Assembly (NCBI GenBank): GCA_035285865.1
Contig: JAYKHS010000007.1
Span: forward strand, 32,001 to 96,000
Direction: 5' to 3'
DNA: 64,000 bases
Source: Candidatus Sericytochromatia bacterium
GTDB lineage: Bacteria > Cyanobacteriota > Sericytochromatia > S15B-MN24 > VGJW01
The translations under genes were made by a program, and so were the position numbers. The notes under the pieces are model-generated. The model was not told the origin of the DNA. It made no database searches and saw nothing but the letters and a program-made list of their open reading frames with translations. This document shows, piece after piece, positions 1-9,292 of the stretch; the first letter of the stretch is position 1; each line of letters begins with the position of its first letter.

Positions 1-5
1 CCCCC

Positions 6-401
6 TTGCCTCCTTCCTGGCCGGACGAGCCTTCCATCCGGGTTCTCCTTCTGCCCAAGGACACCAACGAACATGGCACCATCTTCGGGGGCGTGATCCT
101 GTCCCATCTCGACCTTGCGGCCGCCGTGGAAGCGGGTCGTCACACCGAACATCGCTTCGTCACCGTTGCCCTGCGCGAGGTCAAGTTCGAGCAACCGGTC
201 CACGTGGGGGACACCGTCAGTTTCTACACCCGCCTCGAAGGTCGCGGGCGCACCAGCCTGACGATCGGCATCCGGGTCGAAGCCCGGCGTCGCGGCCCGA
301 GCGCCGAATCCGTCCTCGTGACGACGGCCGAAGCCGTGTTCGTGACCGTCGGTACAGATGGCCGGCCCGTGGCCTGGGACAGCCCGTTGCCCGTCAGTTG
401 A
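6..401 (+). CDS. Acyl-CoA thioesterase (hotdog fold, YciA-like); start may lie upstream of the window
   Basis: LLPKDTNEHGTIFGGVILSHLDLAA, FVTVA and VHVGD...GRTS motifs of 4HBT/YciA thioesterases. Confidence 0.9.
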   Translation: MPPSWPDEPSIRVLLLPKDTNEHGTIFGGVILSHLDLAAAVEAGRHTEHRFVTVALREVKFEQPVHVGDTVSFYTRLEGRGRTSLTIGIRVEARRRGPSAESVLVTTAEAVFVTVGTDGRPVAWDSPLPVS

Positions 402-1014
402 CGGAAGCCGAAGCCTCAGCGGTAGCCTTGGCCTCATCGGTGGCTGGCACCGAGCCCGAGGCCATGCGGCCCTCGGCCCACCCCTCGAGCCCGTCGAGCA
501 AGGCCCTCTGATAGCCCTCGAGGGTGCCGATGCCCAGCCCGAAGACCACCCCGAAGGCCTTGTCCATGAAGGACTTCGGCTCGAGCCGGGTCGAGAACAC
601 CACCTTGACCGAACCGGAAGCCGCCGGTTCGAGGTCGAAGCGCATGAGCATCGGAGCGGCAGGCGCCCCGACTTTGGGCCGGTTGCGGAAGGCATAGGTC
701 TTCCCGGGCTCCCAGACCGCCACCTCCTGCTCCCAAGTCTGCCCCTGGCCGATGGCATACCGGATAAGGGTCGGGTTGCCCGTGGCCGGTTCGACCGAGC
801 GGGAGCCCACCGGAGGCATCATCGGATCGCCCTTGGCGGCCCAGAGCTGCCAACCCGTGACGCCCTGCCAGACCTTGTCGACCGGTGCGTCGATGACCCT
901 GTCCGAGGTACGCGTCACCACGGAAGGCCCAAGCAGCCCGGCGAGGCCGATGGCCGCAAGCGGCAGGATCATCAGGGTAGCCGCAACGACACCGAAACGT
1001 GAAAGAGCACTCAT
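394..1014 (-). CDS. SRPBCC (START/polyketide cyclase-like) ligand-binding protein with N-terminal membrane anchor
   Basis: ATG at 1014 overlaps the upstream stop (ATGA); hydrophobic N-terminus followed by 'DRVIDAPVDKVW', typical of SRPBCC proteins. Confidence 0.75.
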   Translation of the reverse strand: MSALSRFGVVAATLMILPLAAIGLAGLLGPSVVTRTSDRVIDAPVDKVWQGVTGWQLWAAKGDPMMPPVGSRSVEPATGNPTLIRYAIGQGQTWEQEVAVWEPGKTYAFRNRPKVGAPAAPMLMRFDLEPAASGSVKVVFSTRLEPKSFMDKAFGVVFGLGIGTLEGYQRALLDGLEGWAEGRMASGSVPATDEAKATAEASASVN

Positions 1015-2510
1015 GGCCAGACAGTGTACCGCCTGCGGCCGACAACGCGCCTGAGGGCAGCTCGATCGACCTTCGTCCGGTGGCGGGGGTCCCGAGGAAT
1101 CCGCGACACCCGGACCACAGGCAGTGCGGCGAGGCCCACCCGCGAAAGGGCAGCGCCCAGCCCCGGATCCAGGGGTCCTTCCACGGCCAGGACCACCTCC
1201 CCGTCCACCGAGATCAGGCCCGCACCTCCGACCAAGCCTTGCGCGCCGAGCCACTGCTCGAGCGCCAGAGCGTGACGTATGGTCCCGAAGCTCAGGATCG
1301 GATCCCCGACCCGCCCAAGCAGCCATAACCTGCCGAATTCGTCGAGGCGGCCGACATCCCCCATGTGATGCCAAAGTACTCCGTCTGCATCGACGGACTT
1401 GCCCGCCGGCAGGCCATCCTCCCCCCAGTAGGCCCGGACGACATGTGGACCCGCCACCAGCACTTCGTCCTGCTCGGAAAGACGCAGGCCGACTCCGGGC
1501 ACGGGCAAGCCGACGCAGACGCCCCCGCCCTCCAGCGTTCCGGTTGCCAGGACTTCCCAGGATGGCTCGCCCCTGCATAGGGCGACAGGTTCGGCCTCGG
1601 TCGATCCGTAGCCGATGGCGACCCGGGCATCGGGAAAGATTCGGGCGGCGGCAGGCGGCAAGGCAGGATCCACGGCCCCACCGCCCACGAAAACCGCGCG
1701 CAGGCCCGGGACAGGAACACCCTGGCGCACCCACGCGGCAAGCAGGGCAGGCGAAGCCACGACGAGCGTCGCCCCTTGCGCACGCATCTGCTCCCGAGCC
1801 GTGGCCGCCGCCGCATCGTGGCCCGCCAGCCGATGGCGAACGGGCAAGAGGACGGCGGCACCCGTCGCCAGATGATGCAGGGTGAACACGGGCAGGGTAG
1901 CCAAGGCGACATCCCCCGGTCCGTCGCCCAGCTCGGCCGCCAGCAGGCGATGCTGGGCCAACAGCGTGCCGTGGGTCCTGATGGCACCCTTGGGACGACC
2001 TGAGCTGCCTGTCGTGAAAGTCACCAGCGCTGGGTCATGCTCTCCTGCGGCTTTCGGTGCCCGACAGGCGAGCTCGGGGGAACCCGGAGCAAGCGCCGTG
2101 GCGGCATCGAGGATACGTGGCACCCGCCCGAGCGGAGGCCAGAAGAACCGCAGCGCATGCCAACGGCGAGGCAGCACCACCGCGGCGGGCGACGTCCGCG
2201 CGAGGGCATCCGACAGCCCGGAGAGGCCCATCCAGGGGTCGAGGAAGACCGCGACGCCCCCTGTCCACCAGATGGCCAGCAGCCAGACATAGAGCGCCTC
2301 GGACAACGGCGTGAAGACGACGATCCTGTCGCCGGGACGCAGGCCTTCGGCTTCGAGGCGCGCAGCAAGGCGACGCACGGCGTCGGTCAACGCACCGTAG
2401 GACACGACGCGATGGCGACGCGCCCGGGGATCCTCAGGAACGACAAGGGCCGGTGCATCCGGACGCGCTGCCGCGTGGGCCAGCAGGATGGCACAGATGC
2501 CGTCGCTCAC
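1011..2510 (-). CDS. AMP-binding adenylate-forming enzyme (acyl-CoA ligase, OleC-like)
   Basis: FTTGSSGRPKG, YGSTEAEP, WHHMGDVG and C-terminal PRDPRHRTKVDR; GTG start overlaps the upstream stop (GTGA). Confidence 0.88.
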   Translation of the reverse strand: MSDGICAILLAHAAARPDAPALVVPEDPRARRHRVVSYGALTDAVRRLAARLEAEGLRPGDRIVVFTPLSEALYVWLLAIWWTGGVAVFLDPWMGLSGLSDALARTSPAAVVLPRRWHALRFFWPPLGRVPRILDAATALAPGSPELACRAPKAAGEHDPALVTFTTGSSGRPKGAIRTHGTLLAQHRLLAAELGDGPGDVALATLPVFTLHHLATGAAVLLPVRHRLAGHDAAAATAREQMRAQGATLVVASPALLAAWVRQGVPVPGLRAVFVGGGAVDPALPPAAARIFPDARVAIGYGSTEAEPVALCRGEPSWEVLATGTLEGGGVCVGLPVPGVGLRLSEQDEVLVAGPHVVRAYWGEDGLPAGKSVDADGVLWHHMGDVGRLDEFGRLWLLGRVGDPILSFGTIRHALALEQWLGAQGLVGGAGLISVDGEVVLAVEGPLDPGLGAALSRVGLAALPVVRVSRIPRDPRHRTKVDRAALRRVVGRRRYTVWP

Positions 2511-3565
2511 GCCCCGTCCCACCGGCAGAGGATGTGCGTCCGCATCGGCCGACCGCCGATGCCCCGGGACATGTGCAAGGAAGGGTTGTCCTCGGCCATC
2601 AGGGCGTGGACCACTTCGGGAATCCCGAGTTCCGCCGCACGCCGGTGGAAGGCATGCGCCAGGGCGTGGCCGACCGCCGTGCGGCGATGGGCCCGCGCGA
2701 CGCCAAGGGTCTTCAGGACGGCCCGCCCGGGTCTGCGGATCCGCCAGGCCAGCGTCATGCGTCCCGCAAGGCCACCGGCACGCCCCAGCCACGGGCGCAG
2801 ATCCGGTACGCCTAGCAGAAAGCCGACGACCTCCCCCCGCCCATCACGAGCCACGAAGGAAAGGCCCGTGCGCCACAAAGGAGCCATCGGCGCGAAGCGG
2901 GCGAGAAAGGCCTCTGCCGAAAGGGGTGCGAGGTCCAGTCCGCCGGAGAATATTTCGGGCACCATCGGATGTAATTCACCCAGCACGTCCCGCCAGTTGC
3001 CCGGCGTCACCGGCGCAATCCGGTACCCGGCGTCCCGGGCCGGTGCAGCAGAGACGTCCAGCAGACGAGCTGCCTCCTCCGGAGCCTCCTGGACCTGGCT
3101 GATGACCCGGTGGCTCGGCCTGCCCCCGGCCAGTTGCCACAACCGCGGGTCCTCAGGGGGATTCTCGGGCTCCAGCAGGTACGGAGGGTCGTCCTCCGGC
3201 CCCACGCTGAAACGCGCACGCTCCCATGCATCTCCGTCCACCGGCCCCAGGATGGTCGTCGCCCCTTCCTCCCGCAGCCACGAGACCGACGCCCCGAGCA
3301 GTTCGGTGACGACGGCCGGATCCGGCATGGCGGCGAACAGGCCCAGGTGCCCGATCGAACCGCCCGGCAGGCGCCACGCCGTGACGGTGCCGTGCCCCTC
3401 GAGCACGAAGTGCCGACAAACCGCCCAGTCTGCAGTCCGCGAGACGATGGCGGCGAAACGGGCGGGATCCGGGGCGAGAAGCACCGGTCGGTGGCGCCAG
3501 ACCCGTTCCGAGGTCTCGGTCCACGCCCGAAGCGCCTCGTTTGCGCCGGCACCGAACGCCTTCAC
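2507..3565 (-). CDS. GNAT-fold N-acyltransferase-like protein
   Basis: GHLGLFAA, ILGPVDGDAW, LLEPENP and C-terminal KTLGVARAHRRTAVG (acyl-CoA-binding motif A-like); coupled to neighbours on both sides. Confidence 0.7.
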   Translation of the reverse strand: MKAFGAGANEALRAWTETSERVWRHRPVLLAPDPARFAAIVSRTADWAVCRHFVLEGHGTVTAWRLPGGSIGHLGLFAAMPDPAVVTELLGASVSWLREEGATTILGPVDGDAWERARFSVGPEDDPPYLLEPENPPEDPRLWQLAGGRPSHRVISQVQEAPEEAARLLDVSAAPARDAGYRIAPVTPGNWRDVLGELHPMVPEIFSGGLDLAPLSAEAFLARFAPMAPLWRTGLSFVARDGRGEVVGFLLGVPDLRPWLGRAGGLAGRMTLAWRIRRPGRAVLKTLGVARAHRRTAVGHALAHAFHRRAAELGIPEVVHALMAEDNPSLHMSRGIGGRPMRTHILCRWDGA

Positions 3566-6225
3566 GCTGTCGGCACCTCCGGGAGGTCCTGAGGCCGCAC
3601 CGTTCCTGCACGGCCATCCATCTTGACCACCTGGCCGTCACGCAGTGCGCGCGTGAGCCCCGGAATGCCCACGATGGCCGGAAGGCCCATCTCGCGGGCC
3701 ACGATGGCCGAATGGGAGAGGATGCTGCCTCGCTCGATGAGCAGCCCGGCTGACGCCGGATAGAGCGGAATCCAGCCCGGATCGGTCCGGGTGGTCGCAA
3801 GGATCTGGCCCGCCATGCCTGCCGCGTCCGCGGGACGCAGCACGAGGCGCACCGGAGCCGTCACCTTGCCCGGACAGCAACTGACACCGTGCAACACGCC
3901 TTCGGCATCCGGGCCGACGGGTCGATCCGGCAGAACCGCACGCCGGGCCGAAAGGGTCGGCACGCCCATCGTCGTGAATCGCTCGGGAACGTCCATCGCC
4001 CGCCAAGCCGCGACCTGACGGGCGCGCAAGGCAGCCAGCGCGCGCAAGTCCGTCGTCACGGAACGTCCCTCGACCCAGGCCCAGAGCTCCGGGACCGTCA
4101 GGTAGAAGACATCTTCGTGCCGGTCGAGCAGGCCGCTGGCAGCCATGTGGTGGCCGATCGCGCGGAACATGTCGCGACACACCCCGAAGATTCGCGTACG
4201 GGCAAACCGCAGGTTCTCGCGGTTGCGAACGTGCTTGCGTGCCTGTCCGAGGACGGCTCGGACCACCAGGGCGCGCAACGGAAAGCCGGCCAGCCGGCGG
4301 GCCAGCTCGGCCTCTGCGGCCTTGCGCATCGCGGACTCGGCATCGGGTGCGGGGAGGCGCCCGTCGGCCGCAAGGCGCAGATAGTTCTGCAAGGTGGCAT
4401 AAACGAACGCCGGCTGGTCCTTGAGGGTGGGTTCCTCGAGCTTGAGTTCGTCCATGCAGCGGAAGCCCCAGCGGTCGAGGAAGCCCGCGACACCCGCCGC
4501 AAGCTCGGGGTCCCCGTCGCCGACCCAGTCCGGTACCTGCGCTGCCTCGCGCTCGAGCAACGCCGAGGAGCGCCGGGGGTCACGAGACAGTTCGGCAGCC
4601 GTCTCGAGCAGCCAACGCGTCGGGGCGGTCGACTCGATGCCCCCTTCTCCCGACAGCAGATCATTCTGCAGCCCCGGATCCGCATCGGGCAGCCACGAAG
4701 ACAGCAATTTGCGCAGCAGGCCATAGGAGACCATGGCGAAGGTGTCCGTCAGGATGGGCGCCTGCCATCGCCAGAGCAGCGAACGCTCGATGGAGTCGTA
4801 GGCTTCGGCGATCTCGTCGGGCGGCATCGCGCGCCAGTCCCGATGCCGCCAAGTCTCGTACACCTGGTTGAAGTGGATTTGGAACCACGCGACCCGACGA
4901 TCGATGGTGAGAAAAGCCCAGATCAGTCTTCCACCGACGGCCAGCATCGGCCCGAAACGCGCCATCAGGCCGGCACGCGCCGTTTCGGCACCGACAGAGG
5001 CCGAGGCCTTGACCCCCATCATCTGCTCCATGAAAGCCTTGTTGGCCTCATAGCCCGGCAAGAGCGCCACGATGCGGTACCAGTTGCGCATGTTGTAGTA
5101 GATGCGCCCGGCGTGCAGGCCAATCATGTTGCGGAAGGTCGCGGCATTGGCCTGCAGCTTGTCCGGAGGTACCCCCAGCAGGGCCGCGATCTGCTGGTAG
5201 ACGATGGTGTACGCCTGACTCGCGAAGCTGAAGGTCAACGGGGAGGTCACGCCATTGTAGGACTCGACGATGTTGGAGTTGTCCCAAAGACGTTCCAGCA
5301 CACCCTCATGCAGGTCCGGACGACCGCTTGGCAGGCCCGGATCGAGCGTGGTCACCGGTCGGGTCTGCAGGAAGAACCATTCCTCGGCGACCAGGGCGAC
5401 CTCGATGTCCTGGGGATGACCGGCCTCACGGGCAATCCGGCGCGCCTCGCCGGCAAGCGCGCGCACCTTGACCTCATCGAGGCAGGGCTGCATCCGCCGT
5501 GCGCCGGTCACCGCGACGACTGCCGTCCGGCGCTCGCCATCGTGCTTTACGGCGGCATCCTTGTCGGCGACCTCGTAGGACACCGCTCCCAGCCGTTCCG
5601 TGAACCCGTCCGTGGGCACCAGATCGGCCACGACACCCTCACCCAGGCCCCACGCGACCCGTCCCACCACGGTTTCCCGATCACCTGTCACGGGATGGAC
5701 CGTGAAGACCACACCGCTGACCTCGGCATCGACCATCTCCTGGATGACCACGGCCAGCGAAGCGGCCTCGGCACCGAGACCGCGCTGGCCAAGGTAGGCG
5801 AGAACCGCCTCGGAGCCGGCGGCGGCCCAGACATCGGGCAGGGCCTCGAGAACGCCCTCTGGTCCCCGGGCACCCAGCACGGTCCGGAACTGGCCCGCGA
5901 ACGAGCTGCCCCCCCCATCCTCGCCCGTGGCCGACGAGCGGACGGCGAAACGGCGCTGGGCCACCTCGGCCCCCCAGCGTTCGACCATCCGCGCACGGAC
6001 TTCCCGGGCCAGCGCCTCGGGCACCTGAGCACCGGCACCGGCATCGCGCCAGGCCTGCCACGCCTCGACCGTCAGCACCAGCCAGCCGGGGACGCGCAGG
6101 CCGTGCGCGCGCAGCCATGCGAGGTTCGCGGCCTTCCCGCCCACCAGCCTCGGCTCGACGCTGCGCACATCGTCCTCGGAGACCAGCCACCGCGCAGCCG
6201 CGGCAGGATTCTCGACGGGCGTCAC
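3562..6225 (-). CDS. PEP/pyruvate-binding-domain dikinase (PEP synthase / rifampin phosphotransferase architecture)
   Basis: N-terminal VGGKAANL, AVRSSATGEDG...SFAGQF and LQTRPVT; C-terminal phospho-His swivel ERGSILSHSAIVAREMGLP; GTG at 6225 overlaps the upstream stop. Confidence 0.88.
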   Translation of the reverse strand: MTPVENPAAAARWLVSEDDVRSVEPRLVGGKAANLAWLRAHGLRVPGWLVLTVEAWQAWRDAGAGAQVPEALAREVRARMVERWGAEVAQRRFAVRSSATGEDGGGSSFAGQFRTVLGARGPEGVLEALPDVWAAAGSEAVLAYLGQRGLGAEAASLAVVIQEMVDAEVSGVVFTVHPVTGDRETVVGRVAWGLGEGVVADLVPTDGFTERLGAVSYEVADKDAAVKHDGERRTAVVAVTGARRMQPCLDEVKVRALAGEARRIAREAGHPQDIEVALVAEEWFFLQTRPVTTLDPGLPSGRPDLHEGVLERLWDNSNIVESYNGVTSPLTFSFASQAYTIVYQQIAALLGVPPDKLQANAATFRNMIGLHAGRIYYNMRNWYRIVALLPGYEANKAFMEQMMGVKASASVGAETARAGLMARFGPMLAVGGRLIWAFLTIDRRVAWFQIHFNQVYETWRHRDWRAMPPDEIAEAYDSIERSLLWRWQAPILTDTFAMVSYGLLRKLLSSWLPDADPGLQNDLLSGEGGIESTAPTRWLLETAAELSRDPRRSSALLEREAAQVPDWVGDGDPELAAGVAGFLDRWGFRCMDELKLEEPTLKDQPAFVYATLQNYLRLAADGRLPAPDAESAMRKAAEAELARRLAGFPLRALVVRAVLGQARKHVRNRENLRFARTRIFGVCRDMFRAIGHHMAASGLLDRHEDVFYLTVPELWAWVEGRSVTTDLRALAALRARQVAAWRAMDVPERFTTMGVPTLSARRAVLPDRPVGPDAEGVLHGVSCCPGKVTAPVRLVLRPADAAGMAGQILATTRTDPGWIPLYPASAGLLIERGSILSHSAIVAREMGLPAIVGIPGLTRALRDGQVVKMDGRAGTVRPQDLPEVPTA

Positions 6226-7169
6226 AGGCTCACCCCCCGGCCAACCACCAGCCCGACGACAAGAGCGGCCTGCACGAGCACGAAGACCGCCGTCCCCATG
6301 ATGCGGACGGCCTTGGCCGTCGCCGGTCTCGGCCGCACGGCGAAAAGCAGCAGCACCGCTGTTCCGGCTAGCCCCGACAGCAGCACCAGCACCAGGCTGC
6401 CGGCAGGCAAGGCCAACCGAAGCGCCAGCCAGGCCGAGCCCACGATGGCCAGGACCAGCGACAGCCATCCCGCGAGGGACGCCAGCTGGGGACCGTGCAC
6501 CCGCGTGTAGGTGGCGAGGGTCTCGAGCTCTTCCTCGGGTGAACGGGCCTTGCGGGTCAGTTCGAAGAGCAGCCCCAGTCCCACGGCCACGGCGATGACC
6601 AGAGAGAACTCGACCCCGATACCGGAGGGCCCGAGGGGCAACACGCCGACGGCAAGGCAAATCAGGGGCACGATGCCCTGATGGAGCAGGGCGTAGGTCA
6701 GGACCCTGGGCCGCAGCCAGTTGCCCATGAAGAACTCGACACGCATCAGGAGGGCAAACGCCGTGACGGCGCCGAAACCGATGAGGCCCCAACGTCCCAG
6801 CGTTAGGGCCAGAACGGCCATCAGCACGGCAATGCCCCAGCCCAGGATCCGCAACTCGTCCAGCGTGACGATGCCCCGCTGGACGACACGCTCGGGATGG
6901 TTGACGGCATCGTCGGCAAAGTCCTTGAACTCGTCCATGACGCGCAACAGCAGGAAGACGAGGAAGGTCAGGCCGAAAGCCGCGGCGGCTCTTCCGTCGA
7001 GGGGGACCGCGCGATCGCCGGCCAACGCGACGGCGCCCCCGTGGGCCAGTCCGAAGAACAGCAGGATGCCGACCAGATGGGTCGCCAGCGGGAACCGCTC
7101 GGCCTGGTAAGCCCACCAGCGCCGCCAGGCGGGTGCGCGGGTATGTTGGGACAAGGTGCCCTGATTCAT
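6222..7169 (-). CDS. UbiA-family membrane prenyltransferase
   Basis: Multiple TM helices; Asp-rich motif RVMDEFKDFADD...PERVVQRG. Confidence 0.8.
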   Translation of the reverse strand: MNQGTLSQHTRAPAWRRWWAYQAERFPLATHLVGILLFFGLAHGGAVALAGDRAVPLDGRAAAAFGLTFLVFLLLRVMDEFKDFADDAVNHPERVVQRGIVTLDELRILGWGIAVLMAVLALTLGRWGLIGFGAVTAFALLMRVEFFMGNWLRPRVLTYALLHQGIVPLICLAVGVLPLGPSGIGVEFSLVIAVAVGLGLLFELTRKARSPEEELETLATYTRVHGPQLASLAGWLSLVLAIVGSAWLALRLALPAGSLVLVLLSGLAGTAVLLLFAVRPRPATAKAVRIMGTAVFVLVQAALVVGLVVGRGVSL

Positions 7170-7216
7170 CCTTTCGTCATACCCCGACCGCGGCAGCCGG
7201 TCCACCCCGAACGAAG

Positions 7217-8341
7217 ATGCCCGAGATAGCCGACGGCCCTCACGACCTGCCCACCCGCGCCATCGCGGGACGCCCCTTCCACCGCACCATCGGTTACGCC
7301 AATTGTTGGGAGGATGCCCGGGTCCTGCACCAGGGCCTGCAGCCCGAACCCGGAAACCGGATCCTGTCCATCGGGTCCGGTGGCTGCAACAGCCTCGCCC
7401 TGCTGGCGAGCGACCCGGAACAGGTCGTGGTGGTGGACATGAACATCCGGCAGTTGCATGTCCTCGAACTCAAGATGGCCGCGCTCGCGCAACTCCCCCA
7501 CGAGGACAAGCTCGCCCTGCTGGGCGTGGGCGGGGCGGAGCGACGTGCGGGCCTTTACCGGAGCGTGCGCACGGCGCTCTCTCCCGCAGCCCGGGAGTTC
7601 TTCGATGCCCATCCCGGCGTGCTGCGCGCTGGGCTGCTGCAGTCGGGACGCCTCGAACGGTACATGCTGGCCTTCGGCAGCCTGCTGCGCGTTGGACTCG
7701 GCAAGGGCTTCATCCACGACTTCGTTCGCCTCGAGAACCCCCGGGAACAGGCGCAGCGGTTTGCCCGGCACTGGCAAGGCAAGGCCTGGCGGGGGCTGTT
7801 CCGGGTGTTCTTCAGCCGTGCCGTCCTCGAGCGCGCCAAGGATCCCGCGCACTTCCGGCAGGTGCCCGGGGATGCGCTGGGAGACAGGCTTCGTGCCCGC
7901 GCCGAGCATGTCCTGACGGCGTTGCCGATGCGCGAGAACCCCTACATGCGCCTGATTCTGGAAGGTACCTTCACCGATGACGAGGCAGGCCTGCCGTTCT
8001 ACCTGACGCGGGCAGCGCAGCCGATCCTCGCCGCGCGCCTCGATCGGATCCGCCCGCGTCACGGCACCCTTGTCGAAGCTCTGGACGCTGGCCCCTACGA
8101 CCGTTTCAACCTGTCCAACGTCTTCGACTGGATGCCCGAAGGCGAGATGCGGGCGGTGCACGCCACGCTCGGCACCGCCGCCATCCCGGGCGCACGACTC
8201 TGCTGGTGGAACACCCTGCTGGAGCGACGGATGCCGGACTTGCCGGAGCTCGAGGCGCTCGACGCGGAGGCGGAGGCCCTGCTGCTGCGGGACCGCTTCA
8301 TCTACGCGAACTTCCGCATCGGCCGCTTCCGCGCGCCCTAG
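7217..8341 (+). CDS. DUF3419 / BtaA-like SAM-dependent 3-amino-3-carboxypropyltransferase
   Basis: YANCWED, SAM-binding LSIGSGGCNSL, VDMN.RQL..LELK, GRLERY and LSNVFDWM. Confidence 0.82.
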   Translation: MPEIADGPHDLPTRAIAGRPFHRTIGYANCWEDARVLHQGLQPEPGNRILSIGSGGCNSLALLASDPEQVVVVDMNIRQLHVLELKMAALAQLPHEDKLALLGVGGAERRAGLYRSVRTALSPAAREFFDAHPGVLRAGLLQSGRLERYMLAFGSLLRVGLGKGFIHDFVRLENPREQAQRFARHWQGKAWRGLFRVFFSRAVLERAKDPAHFRQVPGDALGDRLRARAEHVLTALPMRENPYMRLILEGTFTDDEAGLPFYLTRAAQPILAARLDRIRPRHGTLVEALDAGPYDRFNLSNVFDWMPEGEMRAVHATLGTAAIPGARLCWWNTLLERRMPDLPELEALDAEAEALLLRDRFIYANFRIGRFRAP

Positions 8342-9291
8342 GATCCTGCAACCCCGCGCAGGCCCGAACCACCGGGAAGCCACACCTTGAGCGCAGCGGG
8401 TCGGATGGCAAAGGAAAGGGAGGATCCCGCTGCAAGGGGCTCCCCGTCGCCGTGGAAGACGAACGGCCGCGATGCCGACAGCGTGAAGGCCGAGCCGACG
8501 GCCTGATGCGCGGGCGGGAAGGGTCGGGCCGGCAACGGCAGGCTGATCCTCCCGACGTCGCGGAGAATGCCGGCGCGCGTGGTACCCAGCAGGGCCATCA
8601 GGCGCAGGGTTCCGTCATCGGGCCGGGCATCGGGCACCGCCCGCACGAAGCGACCGATGGTCGGCACGTTGTGCACGAAGATCGCCAGGCTCCGAAACCG
8701 ATCCGGCAGGCCGTCGGCCTGCTCGATAGTCCAGTCCTGCCAAGCATCCGGATTGCCCGCAACGATACCGACCGTGTGCACCAGGTAGGCCAGAGCCCCC
8801 ATGGCGCGCGTTCCGCTGCCCAGCCAGTCCGAACGCGCCTTGGCCCTGTTGACCGACTCGGCAACCGCGGCAACGGCCCCGACCCCACCGCCGGTCAGAA
8901 AGGGGCGCCCCTCAACTTCAAGCACGTCGACCTGGGCGACACGCCCCACCCGCAGGGCTTCCCCCGCCTTCCAGGGATGCCGAGGCATCCCGATGTGCCG
9001 TGCCCAGTCATTCGCCGTGCCTGCAGGGCACACGGCCACGGGCAGGTCCTGTTCGAGCGCCGGCATGATGGCCGCATTGAGTCCGCCGTCCCCGGAAACC
9101 ACCACCAAGGCATCGTGCCCGCGTGCCGCCGCCCCGCGCATCAGTTCAAGGGACTCGTCCCGGCTGCGCGGGACGGCACCGACCGCACCGGGCAGGGCAA
9201 GGCCCTCCAGAAAATCCTCGAGCAAACCGCGCCGGGCTCCCCGACGTGCGGCCGGATTCACCAGCACCAGCGGCCTGAACGGAACGGACAC
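8338..9291 (-). CDS. Diacylglycerol/lipid kinase family protein (YegS/DgkB-like)
   Basis: VNPAA, SGDGG, PAGTANDWAR and HGDGE; its stop overlaps the DUF3419 stop at CTAG. Confidence 0.85.
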   Translation of the reverse strand: MSVPFRPLVLVNPAARRGARRGLLEDFLEGLALPGAVGAVPRSRDESLELMRGAAARGHDALVVVSGDGGLNAAIMPALEQDLPVAVCPAGTANDWARHIGMPRHPWKAGEALRVGRVAQVDVLEVEGRPFLTGGGVGAVAAVAESVNRAKARSDWLGSGTRAMGALAYLVHTVGIVAGNPDAWQDWTIEQADGLPDRFRSLAIFVHNVPTIGRFVRAVPDARPDDGTLRLMALLGTTRAGILRDVGRISLPLPARPFPPAHQAVGSAFTLSASRPFVFHGDGEPLAAGSSLSFAIRPAALKVWLPGGSGLRGVAGS

Positions 9292-9292
9292 C

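Noticed and set aside
3562..7116. ORF-track 1184-aa version of the dikinase and other N-terminally extended ORFs
   Set aside because: The extensions overlap neighbouring genes in another frame; start/stop overlaps define shorter starts.
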